Shown: piece after piece, positions 18,927 through 26,153 of the stretch | Position numbering within the stretch: position 1 is the stretch's first letter | Layout of the letters: every line of letters begins with the position of its first letter | NCBI GenBank assembly: GCA_052279835.1 | Contig: CP181291.1 | Coordinates: forward strand, 2,801,572-2,841,571 | Direction: 5' to 3' | DNA length: 40,000 nt | From: Microcoleus sp. | Lineage (GTDB): Bacteria > Cyanobacteriota > Cyanobacteriia > Cyanobacteriales > Microcoleaceae | The notes under the pieces: model-generated | Told to the model about the DNA's origin: nothing | The model's database searches: none | Seen by the model: only the letters and a program-made list of their open reading frames with translations | Program-made: the position numbers and the translations under genes

Positions 18927-19964
18927 ATGTCAGTATTACGGGTTTTGCATTTAGTTGGCTCGGCCGTCAGTGATTTTTACTGTAATTTGTCGCGGCTTTA
19001 CGCCCAAGATTGTTTGGAGAATACGGCTAATTCAGCACTGTATGAATTTCATATTGCCTATGTTTCTCCCGATCGCACTTGGCGTTTTCCGACATCTCTC
19101 GATAAAAGTGCGATCGCGGCGGCGAATCCCATGTCTTTAGCGGGGGCTGTGCAGGTGCTGAGTGACCTTAAAATTGATGTCATGGTCCCCCAGATGTTTT
19201 GCATCCCAGGCATGACTCAATACCGCAGTTTGTTCGATTTGCTGCATATTCCTTATGTGGGTAATCCCGCAGAGTTGATGGCGCTGGTGGCTGACAAAGC
19301 GAGGACGAAGGCGGTGGTAGCAGCGGCTGGGGTGAGTGTACCGTTGGGAGAAGTTGTCCGTAGGGGCGATCGAACTTCGATCGATTTCCCAGCCGTACTT
19401 AAGCCAGTGAATAGTGATAATTCCATTGGAGTGGCTTTCGTGAAAAATGCTGCTGACTATGATGCAGCTTTGCAGACAGCATTAACTCATTCAGATGAAG
19501 TGCTAGTAGAAAAATTCATTGAATTGGGTAGAGAAGTTCGGTGTGGAATTATCGTCAAAGCAGGCGAGTTAGTCTGTTTGCCACTGGAAGAGTATGCTCT
19601 AGATCCTGATACGAAGCCGATTAGGAGTTATGCTGATAAGCTCAAACAAAATGATGATGGCAACTTGAGCTTGACCTCTAAGGATAGTACCAAATCGTGG
19701 ATAGTTGACACCAGCGATCCAGTCACGGAAAGGGTTCATGCTATGGCCATAAAATGCCACATCGCTTTGGATTGTCGCGATTATAGTCTATTTGATTTTC
19801 GCATCGATCCGCAGGGACAACCTTGGTTCTTGGAAGCGGGGCTATACTGTTCTTTTGCTCAGAAAAGTGTGCTTTCTACTATGGCCAAAGCATCAGGAAC
19901 TTCTCTGGATACTTTTTTTGAAAGTATGTTGCAAAACGCCTTATGTGAAATCCCAAATAACTAA
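18927..19964 (+). CDS. mysD: D-Ala-D-Ala ligase-like ATP-grasp enzyme attaching the second amino acid (MysD type)
   Basis: LHLVGSAVSDFYCNLSRLYAQDC...PQMFCIPGMTQYRSLFDLL.IPYVGN resembles the Nostoc punctiforme NpF5597-type enzyme as I remember it. The gene is collinear with mysC after a 4-nt gap. Confidence 0.8.
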   Translation: MSVLRVLHLVGSAVSDFYCNLSRLYAQDCLENTANSALYEFHIAYVSPDRTWRFPTSLDKSAIAAANPMSLAGAVQVLSDLKIDVMVPQMFCIPGMTQYRSLFDLLHIPYVGNPAELMALVADKARTKAVVAAAGVSVPLGEVVRRGDRTSIDFPAVLKPVNSDNSIGVAFVKNAADYDAALQTALTHSDEVLVEKFIELGREVRCGIIVKAGELVCLPLEEYALDPDTKPIRSYADKLKQNDDGNLSLTSKDSTKSWIVDTSDPVTERVHAMAIKCHIALDCRDYSLFDFRIDPQGQPWFLEAGLYCSFAQKSVLSTMAKASGTSLDTFFESMLQNALCEIPNN

Positions 19965-19970
19965 GAAATT

Positions 19971-20289
19971 AGGACACGGCAGTGCCCATTGGTGTCAAGT
20001 TAAGCCTGAAAGCCCGCCAAGTCCGTTAGTCATCCCACAAGTCCGCCAGGGGTTAAAACCCCTGTCTAATAGCTAAAGTCGGTTGAAACCGACGGTCGAT
20101 TTGCCCCAAACCAATACACATCAACTAACTCTTCAGTCCTCTCAAAGAGAACTGAAGAACTCATTAGTCCTCTTTGAGAGGACTTTTGCTATTAGACAGG
20201 GAATTGATTCCCTGTCGGACTCGCCTGCCCACTAACGGATTTGGCGGGCCCAGAGCTTAAATTGACACCTATGGACACTGCCGTGTCCT
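19971..20289. mobile_element. MITE-like palindromic element (long copy) 6 nt after the mysD stop
   Basis: TIRs are AGGACACGGCAGTGCCCATTGGTGTCAAGTTAAGC and GCTTAAATTGACACCTATGGACACTGCCGTGTCCT. About 95-bp imperfect inverted arms enclose a core holding further small hairpins. Confidence 0.65.
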
Positions 20290-20372
20290 CTGTATCATTT
20301 TAAAATAGGAACAGGACTTGTGCCATCTTTGAGCTTTCCGCATACTAATCACCAGACACAGGAAACCGCAAT

Positions 20373-20996
20373 ATGATCCAAACCATATCCAAAACAATCA
20401 CGTTTGATGAGTTCGTTGCTTGGTATCCAGAGAACTCTGTCCATAAGTACGAATTACACAATGGAGTAATTGTTGAAATGCCTTTAGGAACCGGCCGCCA
20501 TTCCCGCGTTATAGGTTTAACCAGGGACGAAATCAGCGCAGAAATCAGGCGACTGAAATTGCCTTGCTTTATCCCCGGCCACTGCCTACTCAAACCCGTC
20601 CGCAACGAGGCGGGCTACCTGCCAGACGCAGTTGTCCTGGATGAAGCAGCTCTCGCAAAAGAACCGCGCTGGGATAGGGAAACCATCATCGCGATGGGGT
20701 CTTCGGTGCGAATGGCTGTAGAGGTCGTCAGCACGAACTGGCGGGACGATTACCATCTCAAATTCGCTGACTACGAAGAAATGGGCATCCCCGAATACTG
20801 GATTGTGGACTACCTCGGTTTGGGCGGCCGCAAGTTCATCGGTACTCCCAAACAACCCACACTATCGGTTTGCCAGTTGGTTGACGGTGAGTATCAGGTA
20901 AAACAGTTTAAGGGCGATGACATAGTTGAGTCGCTGGCTTTTCCAGAATTGAAATTAACGGCAGAAAAGATTTTTCTTGCTGGCTTGCCAAACTAG
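20373..20996 (+). CDS. Uma2-family (DUF820) putative endonuclease, second paralog
   Basis: ITFDEFVAWYPEN..YELHNGVIVEMP, PDAVVLDE, VEVVSTNWRDDY and YEEMGIPEYWIVDY are Uma2 family hallmarks. Confidence 0.85.
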   Translation: MIQTISKTITFDEFVAWYPENSVHKYELHNGVIVEMPLGTGRHSRVIGLTRDEISAEIRRLKLPCFIPGHCLLKPVRNEAGYLPDAVVLDEAALAKEPRWDRETIIAMGSSVRMAVEVVSTNWRDDYHLKFADYEEMGIPEYWIVDYLGLGGRKFIGTPKQPTLSVCQLVDGEYQVKQFKGDDIVESLAFPELKLTAEKIFLAGLPN

Positions 20997-21117
20997 CGAG
21001 TACAAATTATGCAAAGGGCGATCGAGGATTGGATGATATTACGATGGGTTGGCTACTATTTCATCAACTAAAAAAACTTAAATTTGACAGCAATAAACCA
21101 AAAAGCCTTTATTTCTT

Positions 21118-21252
21118 AGTCCGCGGAGGCGGACTTTGTTTGTATAGTAGCGGTTTCAACCGCCGAATCATCTACGCACGGGTGGTCAGAAACCGAGTTT
21201 TTTCGCGGTTGTGCGATCGTAACCAAGTATTCTCCCAAAAACCCGGTTTCTC
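21118..21252. repeat. Cluster of short interspersed hairpin repeats (units X, Y, Z)
   Basis: X is AGTCCGCGGAGGCGGACT (21118-21135). A TTGTTTGTATAG linker follows. Y is GCGGTTTCAACCGC (21150-21163). Z has arms AGAAACCGAGTTTTT and AAAAACCCGGTTTCT (21188-21251). X/Y recur at 29538-29639 and 36771-36938, and Z recurs at 25418-25485. Confidence 0.6.
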
Positions 21253-21362
21253 TGGTTTTGATGCGTAATTCCCCGATCGCATCCAACGACACATTGCAAC
21301 TTATCAAATAGTGTGATACCATAAAACGTTCTCAAAAATAGCGCAACAGCAAATATTACTGC

Positions 21363-22679
21363 ATGGCAACGAAGCCAACGATCGCATTTACTCACCTCGG
21401 TTGCGAAAAAAATCGCATTGATACCGAACACATGATTGGCTTGCTGGCTCAAGCAGGCTATCAAGTCGATTCTAATGAAGAATTAGCGGATTACGTCGTC
21501 GTCAATACTTGCAGTTTTATCCAAGCTGCGCGAGAAGAATCAGTCCGCACTCTGGTAGAATTAGCCGAAGCTAAGAAAAAAGTAGTCATCACCGGCTGCA
21601 TGGCACAGCATTTTCAACAGGAATTGCTAGATGAATTGCCCGAAGCAGTGGCAATTGTCGGCACTGGCGACTATCATCAAATAGTCGATGTAATGCAACA
21701 GGTGGAAAAAGGCGATCGAGTTTCCCTCGTCTCTACTGAACCAACTTACATCGCTGATGAAACCACTCCTCGCTACCGCACGACATCGGAGGGTGTCGCC
21801 TATCTGCGAATAGCCGAAGGCTGCGACTATCGCTGTGCTTTTTGCATCATCCCCCACTTGCGCGGAAATCAGCGATCGCGGACGATCGAATCTATTGTCG
21901 CCGAAGCTAAGCAATTAGCCTCCGAAGGGGTAAAGGAAATTATCCTAATTTCTCAAATTACCACCAACTACGGCAAAGATATTTATGGGGAACCCAAACT
22001 AGCCGAACTGCTTCGGGCTTTGGGTAAAGTAGATGTACCTTGGATTCGGATGCACTACGCCTATCCTACAGGTCTGACTCCGCAAGTTGTCGAGGCAATG
22101 CGAGAAACGCCAAACGTTCTGCCATACTTGGATTTACCTCTGCAACATTCCCATCCCGAAATTCTGCGGGCGATGAATCGGCCTTTTCAAGCTGGGATTA
22201 ATGATGCTATAGTCGATCGGCTGAAAGCATCAATTCCCGGTGCGGTAATGCGGACAACTTTTATTGTCGGCTTCCCCGGCGAAACAGACGAACACGCAGC
22301 ACACTTGCTGGAATTTGTCAAGCGCCACGAATTCGATCACGTCGGAGTTTTCGTATTCTCCCCAGAAGAAGGAACGCCAGCCTACAGTTTGCCTCAGCAA
22401 TTACCAGCAGAAATAATGGAAATGCGGCGAAATTCGGTAATGGCGGCACAACAACCTATATCATTGAAAAAGAATCAAGCATCTGTCGGTCAGGTAGTTG
22501 ATGTCCTGATAGAACAAGAACAACCAGAGACAGGTGAGTTGATTGGTAGATCCGCCCGGTTCTCCCCCGAAGTAGACGGACTCGTCTATGTGACAGGAGA
22601 AGCGCGGCTCGGTTCAATGGTATCCGTGAAAATTACTGGTGCAGACGTCTACGACCTTTACGGTCAAGTCAGTAGTTAG
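21363..22679 (+). CDS. rimO: Ribosomal protein S12 methylthiotransferase (radical SAM)
   Basis: The N-terminal UPF0004 domain has Cys motifs (HLGCEKN, NTCSFI, GCM). The radical-SAM motif is CDYRCAFC, and a TRAM-like C-terminus follows. The 438-aa length is typical of RimO. Confidence 0.9.
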   Translation: MATKPTIAFTHLGCEKNRIDTEHMIGLLAQAGYQVDSNEELADYVVVNTCSFIQAAREESVRTLVELAEAKKKVVITGCMAQHFQQELLDELPEAVAIVGTGDYHQIVDVMQQVEKGDRVSLVSTEPTYIADETTPRYRTTSEGVAYLRIAEGCDYRCAFCIIPHLRGNQRSRTIESIVAEAKQLASEGVKEIILISQITTNYGKDIYGEPKLAELLRALGKVDVPWIRMHYAYPTGLTPQVVEAMRETPNVLPYLDLPLQHSHPEILRAMNRPFQAGINDAIVDRLKASIPGAVMRTTFIVGFPGETDEHAAHLLEFVKRHEFDHVGVFVFSPEEGTPAYSLPQQLPAEIMEMRRNSVMAAQQPISLKKNQASVGQVVDVLIEQEQPETGELIGRSARFSPEVDGLVYVTGEARLGSMVSVKITGADVYDLYGQVSS

Positions 22680-22720
22680 TCTCTACAGAACAATCAGAAA
22701 GTTTTAACAAATTTAATGTT

Positions 22721-22747
22721 TTGTTTCTGAATGTAAAGAGCTATAAT
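22721..22747 (+). promoter_or_regulatory. Candidate sigma70-type promoter in the rimO-crhR spacer
   Basis: A perfect TATAAT sits at 22742-22747. The -35 is poor (TTGTTT at 22721-22726 with a 15-nt spacer, or TGTTTT at 22718-22723). There is no experimental support. Confidence 0.3.
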
Positions 22748-23266
22748 GTAGTAACAAGCCAGACATAAGCGGGATGATCCTAGATTGCTTCGCCGTCGGT
22801 CCCACACCACAACGGTATGCCGAAGAAGTGTAGAGCTGATAGGCGGTGACGGTCGCTACATCCCTTACTTAATCCCGTAGACGAAAGATTGCGGGATAGC
22901 GCCTGAACCAATAAACGTGGTTACTACTATTTAGTGAAGTGGGGCTAGTCATAATCCTCACTATAAAAAGCCCAAGAGGGAAAACTGGCGAGTACCTCAA
23001 AGGAAGTTCAATACGCTTTTCAAGGCTGTTGAAAGCTTACAACATACCGCTGGCGGTTTGTGTAGGTCATGTCACAAAATCAAAGACGGCTGTCGAATTG
23101 GTAAATTAGTCACCATCGACGGAGCTGCCCTATACTCGATTGCTATTTAAAAAGGTGCGCGCAGGCGCAGCACCATACAGAACTCTTATGAGTTCCTGCC
23201 CTAGAGCAGAAATCCGCATCCGAGTTGGGCGACTTAGAAGGCTAAGACTCGTTATTAGGAGCATTA

Positions 23267-24751
23267 ATGAATTTATTGTTTGAAGGCTTGGGTCTTTCGG
23301 AAGAACTCGTTCTCCATCTGGAAACACTAGGCTTTACAGAACCTACTCCCATCCAAGTACAAGCAATTCCGCACTTGCTAGCAGGTCGCGACGTTGTGGG
23401 TCAAGCCCAAACTGGAACGGGCAAAACGGCAGCATTCTCGTTGCCCATCTTGGAGCGGATTGATTTAGATGTAACTGCGGTGCAAGCACTGGTGCTGACA
23501 CCAACTCGCGAATTGGCGATGCAAGTAACTGAAGCCATCCGCGATTTGAGCGGTATTAGTAGTGATGGCCCGGTGAAAGTAGGTCGCTCTCTACAAGTTT
23601 TGACGGTGTACGGTGGTCAGTCGATCGATCGCCAAATGCAGCGCTTGAAGCGTGGCGTTCACGTTGTGGTCGGTACACCCGGACGTATCTTGGATATGTT
23701 GAGCCGGGGAAGCCTGAAACTCGACAGAGTGAAATGGTTGGTTTTGGATGAAGCTGACGAAATGCTGAGCATGGGCTTTATTCAAGATGTGGAAAAAATC
23801 TTGGATGCAGCACCAAAAGAACGTCAAACGGCATTTTTCTCGGCGACAATGGAACCTTCCATTCGCAAATTGGTGGCACGCCATTTGTGCAATCCAGTTA
23901 ACGTCACCGTAGAACAACCAAAAGCAACGCCGAAGCGCATTGGTCAAGGCGTCTACATGATTCCCCGCGGCTGGTCGAAGGCAAGAGCTTTGCAGCCTAT
24001 TCTAGAAATGGAAGACCCGGAATCGGCGCTGATTTTTGTGCGGACTCGGCAGTCGGCGGCGGAACTCACCAGCCAACTGCAAGCAGCAGGCCACAGCGTT
24101 GATGAATATCACGGTAATTTGAACCAAGCACAGCGGGAACGTTTGCTGTCGCGGTTCCGCCAATGTCAGGTGCGCTGGGTAGTGGCGACTGATATTGCAG
24201 CCCGCGGTTTGGATGTGGATCACTTGACTCACGTAATTAACTACGATTTACCCGACAGCGTGGAAAGCTACGTTCACCGGATCGGCCGCACGGGCCGGGC
24301 GGGTCGGGAAGGAACCGCAATTACGCTGATCCAACCAGTAGACCGTCGGAAACTGCGCTTGATCGAACGTCACGTTCGCCAAAATTTGACGGTGCGAAAT
24401 ATTCCGACGCGGGCGCAAATAGAAGCGCGGCAGTTGGAAAAGATGCAGTCTAAGGTTCGCGAAGCCTTGGCTGGGGAACGGATGGCATCTTTCTTGCCTC
24501 TGGTGTCTCAGTTGTCTGAGGAGTATGACTCCCACGCGATCGCCGCTGCTGCTTTGCAAATGGCTTTCGATCAAAGCCGTCCAGCTTGGATGGGTGCGGA
24601 TTACGCTCAACAAGAAGATCCCCCGATCGCCGAAAATGGTGTGAAGCCGATCTTGATCAAGAAGCGGCCTAAGAATGGTACGGGACCAAGTAACACTCCG
24701 TCACCGAGCCTTTCAGGAGCGTCAGGTTCTCCGGTTCCACAAAACTACTAA
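23267..24751 (+). CDS. crhR: DEAD-box ATP-dependent RNA helicase, CrhR-type
   Basis: Motifs seen: Q-motif (F.EPTPIQ), AQTGTGKTAAF, PTRELA, DEADEMLSMGF, SAT, HRIGRTGRAG. The stretch PRGWSKARALQPILEMEDPESALIFVRT and the C-terminal GERMASFLPLV..AAAALQM resemble Synechocystis CrhR as I remember it. The gene lies downstream of rimO, as in Synechocystis. Confidence 0.9.
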   Translation: MNLLFEGLGLSEELVLHLETLGFTEPTPIQVQAIPHLLAGRDVVGQAQTGTGKTAAFSLPILERIDLDVTAVQALVLTPTRELAMQVTEAIRDLSGISSDGPVKVGRSLQVLTVYGGQSIDRQMQRLKRGVHVVVGTPGRILDMLSRGSLKLDRVKWLVLDEADEMLSMGFIQDVEKILDAAPKERQTAFFSATMEPSIRKLVARHLCNPVNVTVEQPKATPKRIGQGVYMIPRGWSKARALQPILEMEDPESALIFVRTRQSAAELTSQLQAAGHSVDEYHGNLNQAQRERLLSRFRQCQVRWVVATDIAARGLDVDHLTHVINYDLPDSVESYVHRIGRTGRAGREGTAITLIQPVDRRKLRLIERHVRQNLTVRNIPTRAQIEARQLEKMQSKVREALAGERMASFLPLVSQLSEEYDSHAIAAAALQMAFDQSRPAWMGADYAQQEDPPIAENGVKPILIKKRPKNGTGPSNTPSPSLSGASGSPVPQNY

Positions 24752-24801
24752 TTTGTAGGTAATTTGTAGGGTGCGCTGCGCGCGCCTTACTTTAAATTTT
24801 G

Positions 24802-24840
24802 GTAGAGATGCGATCGTCGATCGCATCTCTACTTTGTTTC
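24802..24840 (+). terminator. Rho-independent terminator of crhR
   Basis: A perfect 14-bp stem GTAGAGATGCGATC / GATCGCATCTCTAC with a 3-nt loop is followed by TTTGTTTC. Confidence 0.75.
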
Positions 24841-24963
24841 AAGGGTGTGATATCGTTTCAGGTTGTATCGGAATGATTTAACCGCGAAGGCGCTCATGAC
24901 GCGAAGGAAGAGAAGACAGAGATTAATACAGGACGATGAAGAGAGGATTTGAGATGAGACTCT

Positions 24964-25149
24964 ATGGGAAAGAAAAACCATAAAAAAGCTATTCGTTCGC
25001 TGAACAAGCGAATTACTGAACATCAAGAAAAGATTAGACTGGAATATGAGAAGGATTTTCCCGATCAAGGCTTAATCAGGCATTGGGACAGCGAAATTCT
25101 GGCTTTTGAGAAAGGAATTCAGCAAGCTTTAAAACGACTAGGTAAGTAA
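24964..25149 (+). CDS. Small basic hypothetical protein (61 aa)
   Basis: An ATG ORF (MGKKNHKKAIRSLNKRITEHQEKIRLEYEK..HWDSEILAFEKGIQQALKRLGK) that is Lys/Arg-rich and predicted helical. The next ORF starts 2 nt after its stop. I recognise no family. Confidence 0.45.
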   Translation: MGKKNHKKAIRSLNKRITEHQEKIRLEYEKDFPDQGLIRHWDSEILAFEKGIQQALKRLGK

Positions 25150-25151
25150 AG

Positions 25152-25415
25152 ATGCAAGTTAGCGATCGGACAATTTCTGTAACTAATTCTAGGCTGAAAA
25201 CGTTAATTGATGAATTGGGTACTGAGTGTCAAAATGTGATTACTTTAATCCATCAGCTTCAGTTACCTGATTTGAGCGATCGACAAAAAGCTGAAATTCT
25301 AGCAGAGTTCATAAGTGTTGCAATTCATCTTAACGTTCACTGCGGAGAGGATTTTCAGACGCTTGTTGCTGAGGAAATGGAAAAGTTGTCGGATGTTGAC
25401 GAAGAAGATTCCTAG
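25152..25415 (+). CDS. Small acidic hypothetical protein (87 aa)
   Basis: An ATG ORF preceded by AGGTAAG. The C-terminus is acidic (EEMEKLSDVDEEDS). It is tightly coupled to the preceding ORF. I recognise no family. Confidence 0.45.
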   Translation: MQVSDRTISVTNSRLKTLIDELGTECQNVITLIHQLQLPDLSDRQKAEILAEFISVAIHLNVHCGEDFQTLVAEEMEKLSDVDEEDS

Positions 25416-25417
25416 CA

Positions 25418-25485
25418 AACAAACCGGGTTTTTACCTAATCTGGTGGCTGTAAGGAAGTATTTTCCCAAACAACCCGGTTTCTGA
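25418..25485. repeat. Z-type hairpin repeat
   Basis: Arms AAACCGGGTTTTT (25421-25433) and AAACAACCCGGTTTCT (25468-25483). GTATTTTCCCAAACAACCCGGTTTCTG closely matches GTATTCTCCCAAAAACCCGGTTTCTC at 21228-21252. Confidence 0.5.
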
Positions 25486-25628
25486 GTCCCCATGCGTCCA
25501 AGACTGAATATGCTATATTGAAGCCGGGATAGCGAAAAAGTTACAAGCTATAGTTTGGGTTTTATATACCCGACTGGTGCGCCTACCTTTGGTTGGAGCG
25601 TATACCGCTAGGTACTTTTAACTATATT

Positions 25629-25698
25629 GTTTGATTAGCTCAGTTGGTAGAGCGATCGGCTTTCCGAAGTGTCACAGGTTCGAGTCCTGTATCAGCCC
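25629..25698 (+). tRNA. Degenerate tRNA-like element 1 (probable pseudo-tRNA; the anticodon loop is only 4 nt)
   Basis: The D-arm (TAGCTCAGTTGGTAGAGC) and T-arm (ACAGG TTCGAGT CCTGT) are canonical. The acceptor GTTTGAT/ATCAGCC has one mismatch and one G-U pair. The anticodon arm is TCGG-CTTT-CCGA, about 3 nt short, so no anticodon can be assigned. Confidence 0.5.
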
Positions 25699-25699
25699 C

Positions 25700-25773
25700 A
25701 CAAAGTTAGCTCAATTGGTAGAGCGAATTGACTAATAATCAATTTGTAACAGGTTCAAATCCTGTACTTTAAA
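25700..25773 (+). tRNA. Degenerate tRNA-like element 2 (Lys-tRNA-like body, loop CTAATAA giving a nominal AAU anticodon, 5-bp acceptor)
   Basis: TTAGCTCAATTGGTAGAGC, ATTGA-CTAATAA-TCAAT, variable TTGTA, and ACAGG TTCAAAT CCTGT. Only 5 acceptor pairs form (AAAGT/ACTTT). There is an extra nucleotide at position 26 and no encoded CCA. It starts 1 nt after element 1 ends. Confidence 0.5.
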
Positions 25774-26153
25774 AAACCCTGGCCCTGGGTACGGGCACTT
25801 TGTTAAGGACAAAGCAGCTTAATCGTTTGTGTGAATTACTCTGTAATGCAAGTGTTTGTTAGCAGCCAAGAAGCTAGTGCAACTGTATCTCTCCCTGATT
25901 TGAGTGTGTTCCTTCGCGTTGCTTGCATTTGGTTTTCCTGTGGGGATGCTGGATTGGTTGGGCGATCGGCGTATTTGAGCATTACTATTTTTTTCGAGAT
26001 TACCGAAAGGTGATTTAGCAGAAGTAGTGACAATCTTAATCCAGTCTAGGAGACTCTGAATGCCCGCATCTGAACTGTAAACACTTGCACTTGACAGAGT
26101 TTAAAAAAGTATTGTAGTATGTATAATACAAACAAAAGCAAAGCAGGCGATCG

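Noticed and set aside
25831-26033. Two overlapping 60-65-aa ORFs on opposite strands upstream of the SPFH gene
   Set aside because: I see no start context, no recognisable motifs and mutually exclusive frames. I treat the region as non-coding. A TTGACA at about 26091 with a TAGTAT/TATAAT further downstream may be the SPFH promoter, but the spacing is ambiguous.
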